Positions 11,701 to 23,928 of a DNA stretch of 64,000 nucleotides are shown in pieces. The position numbers and the translations under genes are program-made. The DNA is taken from assembly GCA_950097015.1 (NCBI GenBank), contig CATNEN010000037.1:2294001-2358000 (forward strand), read 5' to 3'. Numbering within the stretch: the stretch's first letter is position 1; each line of letters opens with the position of its first letter. The notes under the pieces were generated by a model that was given only the letters and a program-made list of their open reading frames with translations, ran no database searches and was not told where the DNA came from. This stretch comes from Macrostomum hystrix (taxonomy: Eukaryota; Animalia; Platyhelminthes).

Positions 11701-14700
11701 CAGGTTAGAGATGAGACAGGTTAGAGATGAGACAGGTTAGAGATGAGACAGGTTAGAGATGAGACAGGTTAGAGATGAGGACAGGTTAGAGATGAGACAG
11801 GTTAGAGATGAGACAGGTTAGAGATGAGACAGGTTAGAGATGAGACAGGTTAGAGATGAGACAGGTTAGAGATGAGACAGGTTAGAGATGAGACAGGTTA
11901 GAGATGAGACAGGTTAGAGATTAAAAAGGTTAGAGATGAGACAGGTTAGAGATGAGACAGGTTAGAGATGAGACAGGTTAGAGATGAGACAGGTTAGAGA
12001 TGAGACAGGTTAGAGATTAGACAGGTTAGAGATTAGACAGGTTAGAGATGAGACAGGTTAGAGATGAGACAGGTTAGAGATGAGACAGGTTAGAGATGAG
12101 ACAGGTTAGAGATGAGACAGGTTAGAGATGAGACAGGTTAGAGATTAAAAAGGTTAGAGATGAGACAGGGTAGAGATGAGACAGGTTAGAGATTAAAAAG
12201 GTTAGAGATGAGACAGGTTAGAGATGAGACAGGTTAGAGATGAGACAGGTTAGAGATGAGACAGGTTAGAGATTAAAAAGGTTAGAGATGAGACAGGTTA
12301 GAGATGAGACAGGTTAGAGATGAGACAGGTTAGAGATGAGACAGGTTAGAGATGAGACAGGTTAGAGATGAGACAGGTTAGAGATTAAAAAGGTTAGAGA
12401 TGAGACAGGTTAGAGATGAGACAGGTTAGAGATGAGACAGGTTAGAGATGAGACAGGTTAGAGATGAGACAGGTTAGAGATGAAAAGGTTAGAGATGAGA
12501 CAGGTTAGAGATGAGACAGGTTAGAGATGAGACAGGTTAGAGATGAGACAGGTTAGAGATGAGACAGGTTAGAGATGAGACAGGTTAGAGATGAGACAGG
12601 TTAGAGATGAGACAGGTTAGAGATGAGACAGGTTAGAGATGAGACAGGTTAGAGATTAAAAAGGTTAGAGATGAGACAGGTTAGAGATGAGAAAGGTTAG
12701 AGATGAGACAGGTTAGAGATGAGACAGGTTAGAGATGAGACAGGTTAGAGATGAGACAGGTTAGAGATGAGACAGGTTAGAGATTAAAAAGGTTAGAGAT
12801 GAGACAGGTTAGAGATGAGACAGGTTAGAGATGAGACAGGTTAGAGATGAGACAGGTTAGAGATGAGACAGGGTTAGAGATGAGACAGGTTAGAGATGAG
12901 ACAGGGTTAGAGATGAGACAGGTTAGAGATGAGACAGGGTTAGAGATGAGACAGGTTAGAGATTAAAAGGTTAGAGATGAGACAGGTTAGAGATGAGACA
13001 GGTTAGAGATTAAAAAGGTTAGAGATGAGACAGGTTAGAGATTAAAAAGGTTAGAGATGAGACAGGGTAGAGATGAGACAGGTTAGAGATGAGACAGGTT
13101 AGAGATGAGACAGGTTAGAGATTAAAAAGGTTAGAGATGAGACAGGGTAGAGATTAAAAAGGTTAGAGATGAGACAGGTTAGAGATGAGACAGGTTAGAG
13201 ATGAGACAGGTTAGAGATTAAAAGGTTAGAGATGAGACAGGTTAGAGATGAGACAGGTTAGAGATTAGACAGGTTAGAGATTAGACAGGTTAGAGATGAG
13301 ACAGGTTAGAGATGAGACAGGTTAGAGATGAGACAGGTTAGAGATGAGACAGGTTAGAGATGAGACAGGTTAGAGATGAGACAGGTTAGAGATTAAAAAG
13401 GTTAGAGATGAGACAGGTTAGAGATGAGACAGGTTAGAGATTAAGACAGGTTAGAGATGAGACAGGTTAGAGATTAAAAGGTTAGAGATGAGACAGGTTA
13501 GAGATGAGACAGGTTAGAGATGAGACAGGTTAGAGATGAGACAGGTTAGAGATTAAAAAGGTTAGAGATGAGACAGGGTAGAGATGAGACAGGTTAGAGA
13601 TGAGACAGGTTAGAGATGAGACAGGTTAGAGATTAGAACAGGTTAGAGATGAGACAGGTTAGAGATGAGACAGGTTAGAGATGAGACAGGTTAGAGATGA
13701 GACAGGTTAGAGATGAGACAGGTTAGAGATTAAAAAGGTTAGAGATGAGACAGGTTAGAGATGAGACAGGTTAGAGATGAGACAGGGTACGGTTGAAGCA
13801 GCAGAGAAAAGTTTTAAAATAACTAAATACTAGCTATACTCCCTAATATGTTCAACACCTGACATGCTGCGGTTCCATTTCTAGCTACTTTCAGTTTGAG
13901 CTTATAGCTAGGAGAACTCAAATGGCATTGTCAGAAGTTTGATAAACAAATACTAGTCTAATTTAGCTGTTATCCGCGGTTATAGATTGCCTCATGGCAA
14001 TAGGGAAATAATAGAAATAGAGAAAAAGAGAGAGAATGAGCAGTGGCGCCGCCTCCTCCCCTAATTAATTATGCATCCTCCCGTTCTCTTTTTCTGTGGA
14101 TCCGGGGCGGGGGTGGTGGAGCCTTGAGCAAAGCGGTGCGGGATGAGGCTGCTGCTGCCAGTGTCCAAGCCACAGCCACTGCTGCCGATGATAATGATGA
14201 CGCGATCGCTGCCAATAGCGCACGCACACCCCAACCGACCCCGGGGTCGACCCCGACCCTGACCCCCGCAGTTGCCCCCCCTGAAAAAAAAGAGAGCCAA
14301 TTGCCTGGGCCATGCGCTTGGAGTGAAATAAGACTTAATCATATCCGTACCCCCTCTCTCAGTTATACAGCGCACAGATAGATAGATTGAGGGAGAGTGA
14401 ATGAGAAGATATTGGAAGTATCTGGCTATCGTACTGTGTTTGCAACAGTCAGTTTATGCGGGTATTATACATATCTATGTATTTTTCTGTGTGTGTATAT
14501 TCATAAATAGTGTTCCACCAGTGCAATTCAAGCGCGTACTACACCGCCTAACCTCCACAGCCACCCCCAGATGCTGGAGCGCTGTTTTTACACTCCGACA
14601 CATCATTTTGCTTCGGGTTTTTATCGCTGCGGCCTGCCGTGTAGCTTTATTGTTGTTGGTGTGGTCTTAGAAAATAAAACTGTAATTTTTGTGTGTCTAA

Positions 14701-17700
14701 TTAATAATCACGTGACCAAACTTACATCTCATCTCTTACTTGACTTACTTGACTTAAATCTCATCTCACTGTGGCACTGCTTCCATCAAAGTAACAAATA
14801 AGTTTTCTAAACAGCCTGCTTAGTTACTGACCTATTTTAAAAGCCACAGCGTTAAGTACCGCCAAATTTCTACCCACTGCCGCTTGTGTCTTTCCCTCTC
14901 TTTCTCCCCGTCTCCCTCTCTTTCTCCCCGTCTCCCTCTCTTTCTCCCCGTCACCCTCTCTTTCTCCCCGTCTCCCTCTCTTTCTCCCCGTCTCCCTCTC
15001 TTTCTCCCCGTCACCCTCTCTTTTTCCGCGTCTCCCTCTCTTTCTCCCCGTCTCCCTCTCTTTCTCCCCGTCTCCCTCTCTTTCTCCCAGTCACCCTCTC
15101 TTTCTCCCCGTCTCCCTCTCTTTCTCCCCGTCTCCCTCTCTTTCTCCCCGTCTCCCTCTCTTTTTCCCCGTCTCCCTCTCTTTCTCCCCGTCACCCTCTC
15201 TTTCTCACAGTCAACCTCTCTTTCTCCCCGTCTCCCTCTCTTTTTCCCCGTCACCCTCTCTTTCTCCCCGTCTCCCTCTCTTTCTCCCCGTCTCCCTCTC
15301 TTTCTCCCCGTCTCCCTCTCTTTCTCCCTGTCTCCCTCTCTTTCTCCCCGTCACCCTCTCTTTCTCACAGTCACCCTCTCTTTCTCCCCGTCTCCCTCTC
15401 TTTCTCCCCGTCTCCCTCTCTTTCTCCCCGTCTCCCTCTCTTTCTCCCCGTCTCCCTCTCTTTTTCCCCGTCTCCCTCTCTTTCTCCCTGTCTCCCTCTC
15501 TTTCTCCCCGTCTCCCTAACTTCTGTTTAACGATGTCTTAAATAAAAACACATTATTGACAAGCTATTTTCCTTCTATCAAGCATAGACGTGTATTTTGG
15601 TAGACTTGTGCTGAAATTTTACAGCAAAGCCATTATCTGTCTCTGTTCCAGTAACTCTAGGTGGGTTTTGTATGCGCTGAAACTGAACATTTCTTGTTTT
15701 TAATTGTCCAACTGCCAACTGTCAGTCAGTCAGTCAGTCAGGCTAAGCCAAAGTCAAACCCTTGATTAACACTTCTTCGACTAAGGCATACAATTTTGTA
15801 GTTTTGAAACGTTTTATTTAATTCATTCTTAGCCAACGCTGCCAGTTTGTTAATTCTTATATGCTATTCGCGATGGGTATGCCCGTTCAGGCGAGGCAAA
15901 GGATTTCTATAGCGACAGCCTCCAGCCTCCCTTTGCAACCCAAGTCTATCCTCTTTTTCTCACTCTCTCTCTCCTTTCAAACGCTTCTTCTTATAGTTGA
16001 GTTCTATTGTATTTTGAAGGCTTACTAGACCCTTGCTATTGCCATCATTTTCACGACAAAAATGCTGCATTTGAAACAGCACCAGCAACACTGTAACTTC
16101 AATATGTAGTTCAGACAGTCATTTTAATCTGTCGGCATTTCTTACGCAATCAGGCAGTAGCTTTTAGACTTGAAGAAAATTGCGTAATTCAAGACTAGCT
16201 GACAAAAACAGCTTGGGCCAAACCAGTGCTTTGTACACACACTCCATGTTTCAACTGTTGACTGGCAAAATATCGTAATCGATTATCGAGCTTATTCAAC
16301 TATGTTTATTATGTTACCAATTTCATAAGTGCTTCTTAAGCTTGATTTAAAATGGTCTTTTAAGTGATTTAAAGGTCTCACTCTACTTCTCTTCTTCTCA
16401 CTCTACCTCTCTTGTTTCACTCTACCTCTCTTGTTTCACTCTACCTCTCTTGTTTCACTCTAACTCTCTTGTTTCACTCTACCTCTCTTGTTTCACTCTA
16501 CCTCTCTTGTTTCACTCTACCTCTCTTGTTTCACTCTACCTCTCTTGTTTCACTCTACCTCTCTTGTTTCACTCTGCCTCTCTTGTTTCACTCTAACTCT
16601 CTTGTTTCACTCTACCTCTTTTGTTTCACTCTACCTCTCTTGTTTCACTCTACCTCTCTTGTTTCACTCTGCCTCTCTTGTTTCACTCTAACTCTCTTGT
16701 TTCACTCTACCTCTCTTGTTTCACTCTACCTCTCTTGTTTCACTCTACCTCTCTTGTTTCACTCTACCTCTCTTGTTTCACTCTACCTCTCTTGTTTCAC
16801 TCTAACTCTCTTGTTTCACTCTACCTCTCTTGTTTCACTCTACCTCTCTTGTTTCACTCTACCTCTCTTGTTTCACTCTACCTCTCTTGTTTCACTCTAC
16901 CTCTCTTGTTTCACTCTACCTCTCTTCTTGTCCATCTGCTTTGCTCATTCATACTCAATTTGTAAGGTTTAGCTGTGCACGGGTGTAATTTACTATGCTG
17001 TGATAACGGCACACAGCGATTTATAGTTAGTTTGCATATTAGCTAGTCATGAATATACTGGATCACACTGGATTGGCCTTGCAGTGTTGATGACATAATC
17101 ACTAAAAGACTAGAAGATTTACAGTCCTACAATTTAGTTATAGAAGCAGATTGTGTTGCCTACAGGTGCGCGTCAAGCTATGCGAAAATTTCAGTTACTC
17201 GTGTCACGTGCTGAATAATATGAATAGTTGTGTCTCGCGAGCAGCTATTAAAGTTTGTATTAGTCAGGTACGAACTAGTCGCATACAAACAGGTTGCTTA
17301 GTTTAAATATATTCGATTGACAATCGTGACTAAAGGTTGATGAAAACACATTGACAAAATTGTTTGACTATTTTTCTATATTTGCTACAGTAATGCCAGT
17401 GCACTTTTTCTTCAAATCATAAAAGTATCTAGTTCCTAGATTTGGATTAGTCGTTAAAGTATCTAGTTCCTGTATTTGGATTAGTCGTTAAAGTATCTAG
17501 TTCCTAGATTTGGATTAGTCTTTAAAGTATCTAGTTCCTAGATTTGGATAAGTCTTTAAAGTATCTAGTTCCTGTATTTGGATTAGTCGTTAAAGTATCT
17601 AGTTCCTGGATTTGGATTAGTCGTTAAAGTATCTAGTTCCTAGATTTGGATTAGTCTTTAAAGTATCTAGTTCCTAGATTTGGATTAGTCGTTAAAGTAT

Positions 17701-20014
17701 CTAGTTCCTAGATTTGGATAAGTCTTTAAAGTATCTAGTTCCTGTATTTGGATTAGTCGTTAAAGTATCTAGTTCCTGGATTTGGATTAGTCTTTAAAGT
17801 ATCTAGTTCCTGGATTTGGATTAGTCGTTAAAGTATCTAGTTCCTAGATTTGGATTAGTCTTTAAAGTATCTAGTTCCTAGATTTGGATTAGTCGTTAAA
17901 GTATCTAGTTCCTAGATTTGGATTAGTCGTTAAAGTATCTAGTTCCTAGATTTGGATTAGTCGTTAAAGTATCTAGTTCCTAGATTTGGATTAGTCGTTA
18001 AAGTATCTAGTTCCTAGATTTAGGATTAGTCTTTAAAGTATCTAGTTCCTAGATTTGGATTAGTCGTTAAAGTATCTAGTTCCTAGATTTAGATTAGTCT
18101 TTAAAGTATCTAGTTCCTAGATTTGGATTAGTCGTTAAAGTATCTAGTTCCTAGATTTGGATTAGTCGTTAAAGTATCTAGTTCCTAGATTTGGATTAGT
18201 CGTTAAAGTATCTAGTTCCTAGATTTGGATTAGTCGTTAAAGTATCTAGTTCCTAGATTTAGATTAGTCGTTAAAGTATCTAGTTCCTAGATTTGGATTA
18301 GTCGTTAAAGTATCTAGTTCCTGGATTTGGATTAGTCGTTAAAGTATCTAGTTCCTAGATTTGGATTAGTCCTTAAAGTATCTAGTTCATAGATTTGGAT
18401 TAGTCGTTAAAGTATAGAATTGATAGATTAAAAAAAGTACACAACACACGTTAACTGTAGATTGATCATTGAATGACGCATAGTTAATAACGCTTGGTTG
18501 GTGATAAAACACGCGCATGCTGAAAATGAAACAAAAGTCTACCAATTTAATGCTACATCAACTCAATCCGCAGGCTCCGGAGGGCCGAGACCTCAGGCCA
18601 GACGGCCTAGAAGAGCACAGGCTGAGCATGCACCAGGCCCTGTCCCAGCTTCTGGTGCCCTGCATCGAGCAGACTGTGGAATTCGCCAAACGGGTGCCGG
18701 GCTTTGCCAAGTTCAGCCAGGACGACCAGCTGACCCTGATCAAATCTTCATTCATGGAACTGTGGCTGCTGCAGCTGTCCAGGTGCTTCTCCACATGTCA
18801 GACTGGCCGGCTGCTATTACCTGGCGGCCTGCTAATTAGCCAGCACGAATTGGACTTTGTCTGGTCACCGACTCTCCTAACTTCTATGCGAGATTATCTG
18901 AGAGCTCTAGACTCTATGCGGCTTACCGAGCGTGAGGTGGCGCTGCTCTGCTCTGTTATGCTCACTAGACCAGGTGAGTTTCGTGGTCTCAACCCGTGCC
19001 GATTCATAGTCCCAATTCAAAGTCCCAACCAGAGTCCAACCAAGTCCCGATTAATAGTCCTGATTCGAAGTCCCGATTCAGATGGGATGAGCTGCAGGTC
19101 TAATGTGTTTTCCTCTCGCACCAAAGTCCCTGAACTCGATTCCGGGGTAAGGCCACATTCATTTGTGGCTTGGGGGCTTGTCGTGTAATTTACGCCCTTT
19201 AAGGGCCAACCTCCAAGGCACAGTGAAGTGTACACTGCCTGACGATGAGAAAGTCAGGGCAGATGTACACACCTGTGTGAGCGCGTGCCTGCGTACAGTA
19301 TCTGTGTGAGTGTGTGCTCAGGAGTCAGCGAAATGGACAGAATTGCCTCCTCGCTGGCTGCGAGTCTAAATGGGACCAAATGATGTGCCGAGTTCTGATT
19401 CGAAGTCCCGTTCCATAGTCCCAACCATGTCCTACCAAGTTCAAGCAAATCCAACCAAGTTTAAATTTACTTTTCCTACAGAGTACCGAATCACAGTCCC
19501 ACAGAACATGTCTCAATTCTTCGCACCAATTTGAAATCCCAAGATCCCCATTATTGAGTTATCGGGCTTCCAGCCCAAAGCTCTCAGCCCAAACGTCGCT
19601 CAGCCAACCTCCCCATTCGCCTGTCAAGATCGCCCCGGCCTCATCGGCGCCGACGACGTGTCGGGCGTGCACTCGCGCCTGCTGCGCAGCCTGGGCCAAG
19701 AGCTGGACTCACCGGGAGATCCACAGCTAACCGAGTCCGACGTGGCCAAACGCAAATCGCGGCCTCCCCTCGGCCTGGCCCAGCTGAACAGTGCAATGCG
19801 ACAGGCCTGCAGCCTCAGCCAGTCTGTGCAGCACTGCATGCATTGGTACAGAGAGAACTGGCATCGCAGTCACCTGCCGCCTCTATACGCTGAAATGTTC
19901 GACATTCAAAAGAATACTAACGGCGGAAATCATCAGCTGCCTTACCAGCATCAGCACCAGCATCAGCACCAGCATCAGCCAGTTTCCTGCCAGCCAAGCT
20001 ATCATCATCTCTGA
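5478..20014 (+). CDS. E78: Nuclear receptor, E78 (NR1E) type; exons 5478-6413, 18574-18973, 19629-20014
   Basis: C4 zinc-finger [46 protein letters not shown]...SVRYGR. LBD signature [26 protein letters not shown] across the exon 2/3 junction, and C-terminal WYRENW...[11 protein letters not shown]. Donors CTG|GTGAGT (6413) and CAG|GTGAGT (18973) and acceptors CCGCAG (18573) and TCAAG (19628) are phase-compatible (0, 1). First in-frame ATG is at 5478; an upstream exon joining at acceptor 5377 is possible. Confidence 0.93.
9490..13787. repeat. Minisatellite, 16-bp unit GAGATGAGACAGGTTA, ~4.3 kb
   Basis: Directly visible tandem array inside E78 intron 1, with variant units (GGGTA, GATTAAAAAGG). 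Confidence 0.99.
14890..15515. repeat. Minisatellite, 20-bp unit TCTCCCTCTCTTTCTCCCCG
   Basis: Visible tandem array; it produces the low-complexity ORFs 14832-15530. Confidence 0.98.
16378..16925. repeat. Minisatellite, 19-bp unit TTGTTTCACTCTACCTCTC
   Basis: Visible tandem array, period 19. Confidence 0.98.
17422..18415. repeat. Minisatellite, 34-bp unit AAAGTATCTAGTTCCTAGATTTGGATTAGTCGTT
   Basis: Visible tandem array ending ~160 bp before the E78 exon 2 acceptor. Confidence 0.98.
19076..19394 (+). mobile_element. tRNA-derived SINE copy in E78 intron 2
   Basis: Shares the core CACTGCCTGACGATGAGAAAGTCAGGGCAGATGTACACACCTGTGTGAG with five other loci in the window. B-box-like GAACTCGATTCC. 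Flanked by the 16-bp direct repeat CTGATTCGAAGTCCCG (19060-19075, 19395-19410). Confidence 0.8.
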
Positions 20015-21981
20015 TGATCGATCTCTGACTAAAAATGTTTTATTAAAATTAATCTGCCAAAACACGACGTTGTTCGAAATATTGAAAAGTACAGACCGAC
20101 CTTATGTTTGTTTCGTTCGTTTAAATGAATTGAACACTTTTAAATTCGCGCTAAATTTAACAAACACACTCTTTACTAATTAGAACCAGTTTGTTCCGGA
20201 TAGATTTCCGGATTTTTTTACATTTTACGCGCGTATTCAAAAATTAAAAGAAAATTAACCGAACGAGGTGTTGATGAGCTGCAATTTTTTAGTAGTGTCT
20301 TTTAGCTGTTAGGTATGCTATGAAATCTATATTTCCCACATTCGTTATACCTTTTATAAATAATGAGTGGCATTATATTATTTGTAAATTAAATTCGTGC
20401 AGACAAGTGTGTACTGGTACAACGAGTAAAACAGATTTTGTTCTTATTTGTAAGTCTCTGTGCCACCTCTCAAATGCTGACATAATAATTGCAGTTTTTT
20501 GTTATATTGTGTTATTTTGTTTAATTGGTAATTTTTCAGGTTACGAGAATAATAAACATTTATTTTATCAGTCTTAATGTATTTTTGACGCTGCCTTTAA
20601 AGACACTACTGGTACGAGAAAACGGATCAGTAGTAAATGCAGTGTATATTCAAAATTCAAAGTCTAAGTAGACAGTTGAGAGTTTGTCTTCAAAACTGTC
20701 TTTATTAACTTGTCCAGCGATTACTATAATTCGTCGATTTATTTTTTACTTTTGTAGTTTTTGTTTCTCTTCAGTTGTGTTATAATCGAATGTGTCTCAA
20801 ATTACATTTTTAATCTTTGCAATGTATTCGTACTTGTATCGGCTGTCATTTTTCTGTCAAATTTATTGTTGTTTTTAATATCTCAAATGAAGATATCTTA
20901 ATAGTCCAGTCAATTATTTTACAATATATCTATCATCTGCTAAAAATAAGTTTGGGTCTATGAATTTGTTTGTCTCAGGGATTTTCTGTCGCATTGTTAT
21001 TGTTGTCTACTTTTTTGAAGACATTTTTTTCTCCGTTCATATACTAACCACTAATTTAATCATTAATTAATACATACCAGTCAGTCGAAAATAGAAAATT
21101 TCTTATGTTTTTGTTCATTTTTATCGTTTGCTAATTAGACAGTGGAGTAGGTATCAAAAATTAGTAAACATCATCAATAAAATAAGATTGCTAATAACTC
21201 CTAGTCCATTTGTTGTTGTGACCGTTTGTTTATTTATATTGTTTTTGTTGTGTCATTGTCGGGATCTATACTTAAGATATGATTCTGCGTTGACAAGTAA
21301 CTGTTTACAAAATCGATATTTCTGCAATTAATTGTGAAACTTTTTTCAGCATATTCTACTAGTAGTAATGTGTCTATGAGTAACAATTTGCAGCTGTTTT
21401 TTTATCATATTACCTACCTCCGTAATTGCAGGCTTTGGAATATTTTTTGTTGTAGACTGAGTTAGCTACATTCTCTATTTTTATCAAATTGGATTTTTGG
21501 TCTATATATGACGACCGTGGGTAGGAAAACTTGCTGTATTTTTTCATTCTTTTTTTTCTATAAATTATAGAACAACGCGTGTTTTTTATTTATTGGTGAC
21601 TCTGCCTCATTCAAATATTTATTTATGGTAAACTTTTTTTGCTAAAAGGTTTAATATAATTCTACTTTTAAATCTGTAGTTTCTGTGTTCGCTAATGCAC
21701 GAAACATTTCTTAACACTAATGTCTTAATTCTGCTGTTTTAATCTTCTGCAAGGCATAACTCTTTGTAAACTCTTGTTTATTTATTTTAATTTCTACACT
21801 ATATAATAAGTTGATTATAATGAGTGAAACTGAAAAAAATAAACTGTTTCTCTCATTGACTATACTGCCTTAGCGACTTTATTTTATTGTAGTATATTTT
21901 GTAAATTAATATTATTTCAGTGCAACGATCAACCATTTTTACTTGTAGTGTCAATTTAAAACAAAATATTTTCAAACAAAA

Positions 21982-22725
21982 GTGTGATCCCATGAGGATA
22001 TCAGAGCAGCGTGATCCCATCTAGATCTCAGAGCAGTGTGATCCCATCTAGAAATCAGAGCAGCGTGATCCCATGAGGAAATTAGAGCAGCCTGATCCCA
22101 TGAGAATATCAGAGCAGTGTGATCCCATGAGGATATCAGAGCAGTGTGATCCCATGAGGATATCAGAGCAGCGTGATCCCATCTAGATCTCAGAGCAGTG
22201 TGATCCCATCTAGATATCAGAGCAGTGTGATCCCATGAGGAAATTAGAGCAGCCTGATCCCATGAGGATATCAGAGCAGTGTGATCCCATGAGGATATCA
22301 GAGCAGTGTGATCCCATCTAGATATCAGAGCAGTGTGATCCCATGAGGAAATTAGAGCAGCCTGATCCCATGAGGATATCAGAGCAGTGTGATCCCATGA
22401 GGATATCAGAGCAGTGTGATCCCATCTAGATATCAGAGCAGTGTGATCCCATCTAGATATCAGAGCAGTGTGATCCCATGAGGATATCAGAGTAGTGTGA
22501 TCCCATGAGGATATCAGAGCAGTGTGATCCCATGAGGATATCAGAGCAGCGTGATCCCATCTAGATCTCAGAGCAGTGTGATCCCATCTAGATATCAGAG
22601 CAGTGTGATCCCATGAGGAAATTAGAGCAGCCTGATCCCATGAGGATATCAGAGCAGTGTGATCCCATGAGGATATCAGAGCAGTGTGATCCCATGAGGA
22701 TATCAGAGCAGTGTGATCCCATCTA
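21982..22725. repeat. Minisatellite, 27-bp unit CAGAGCAGTGTGATCCCATGAGGATAT
   Basis: Visible intergenic tandem array with two alternating variants (ATGAGGATAT / ATCTAGATAT). Confidence 0.98.
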
Positions 22726-23928
22726 GCTGTTAGAAGTACATTGGTTCTAGTAAAGTTGAAGTTTTTTTAGACGCAAAACTTTTAGCCACCGTTAGTTCGA
22801 CGTGATAGTGTTGATGTTGTTGCACCGAAAAAAATAGTTTTAAATATTACATAATTGCTTGCCTCGGTTGTAGTTTTCATTTTTTAAAGCGTGCATCGTA
22901 CAGTACATGAAAATCATTTTGTAAATAAGGGCTATTTTATTGCTGCTAATTTATCTCATCTGAGCTGCTAAATTGATTTTTTGCTCATTTATACAAAATA
23001 TGAGCTAATTTAATTAGTTATTATGCAGTTTTTGCTTCCTACATAAATAGTTAAATTGTTCATCTTGTTTGCTTTTTGTTATACTATATGAGCTGACAAA
23101 TTACTTTTTTTGTTTAGCTGACTGTATTAAATATAGAAATTCAACAGATATTTGTTGCAGTGATTTTAAGAACTCCTCTCAGTTTTTGTTCTAATTTTTT
23201 CGTGATTTATAGATCAGATTGTAAAAAATTGACTTGGAGATTTAGATGTTAGTATTTGTTTATTATTTGGATCTTTTTTGAACGAATTCGTTTGATTCAT
23301 TACTCGCCAGTTTTTACTTCCAAAACAACAGAAGACTCAGCTTTTGTTCTATTGTTTATTTTATTAATAATAATATTCAACTTTACCTCAAACTGATCAG
23401 TTATTTATAGGGTGTAGATGTGTTTGTTTTTACTTTTTACGCGTACTTTTGTTTATATTTCCGTGTACTTTTGAATTACCGTTCACTTTATTGTTTTCTG
23501 GCCGTGTTTTTTACTTCGACTTGCTTGTATTTTATATTTTGCGAAATCTCCCCACATCATTAGCGGCACGGCCCATCTGGCTTGCATGTTAAAACAGGCC
23601 ATTGTTTTATTGGAACTCGTCATTAATTATTGTTTTGCTTCAAATTAACATTATAAAGTCCCATTTTTAACAGTGTTGAACAGCTTTGGCTGTTGACAGA
23701 AGAAGTATTGATTTTAAATATTCGTTTCTTGTTTAAGTTTTTTATTTGAAGCACAAACTTTTAGTAACGTTCAGCTTTACATTTTACTAGCAGTAGAGTG
23801 CGTAACATTTTACTAGAACAAAATAAGAACTAATTAGATGACGAAGGATTATTGTTTAAAATTCGTTAATAGTTACTCACGCCGTTTACCAACTTATAAA
23901 TATTATCAGATCTCTATCGAAATACTAA

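Noticed and set aside
14832-16972. Repetitive ORFs (also 35581-36339, 38433-38794, 43557-43832, 52395-53264, 57272-57671, 62560-62923)
   Set aside because: Translations of tandem repeats, open in several frames and strands, with no splice or domain support.
17422-18415. CRISPR-like arrays (34-, 27-, 37- and 40-bp periodic repeats here and elsewhere)
   Set aside because: Units are head-to-tail with no unique spacers, there are no cas genes, and the context is eukaryotic introns.
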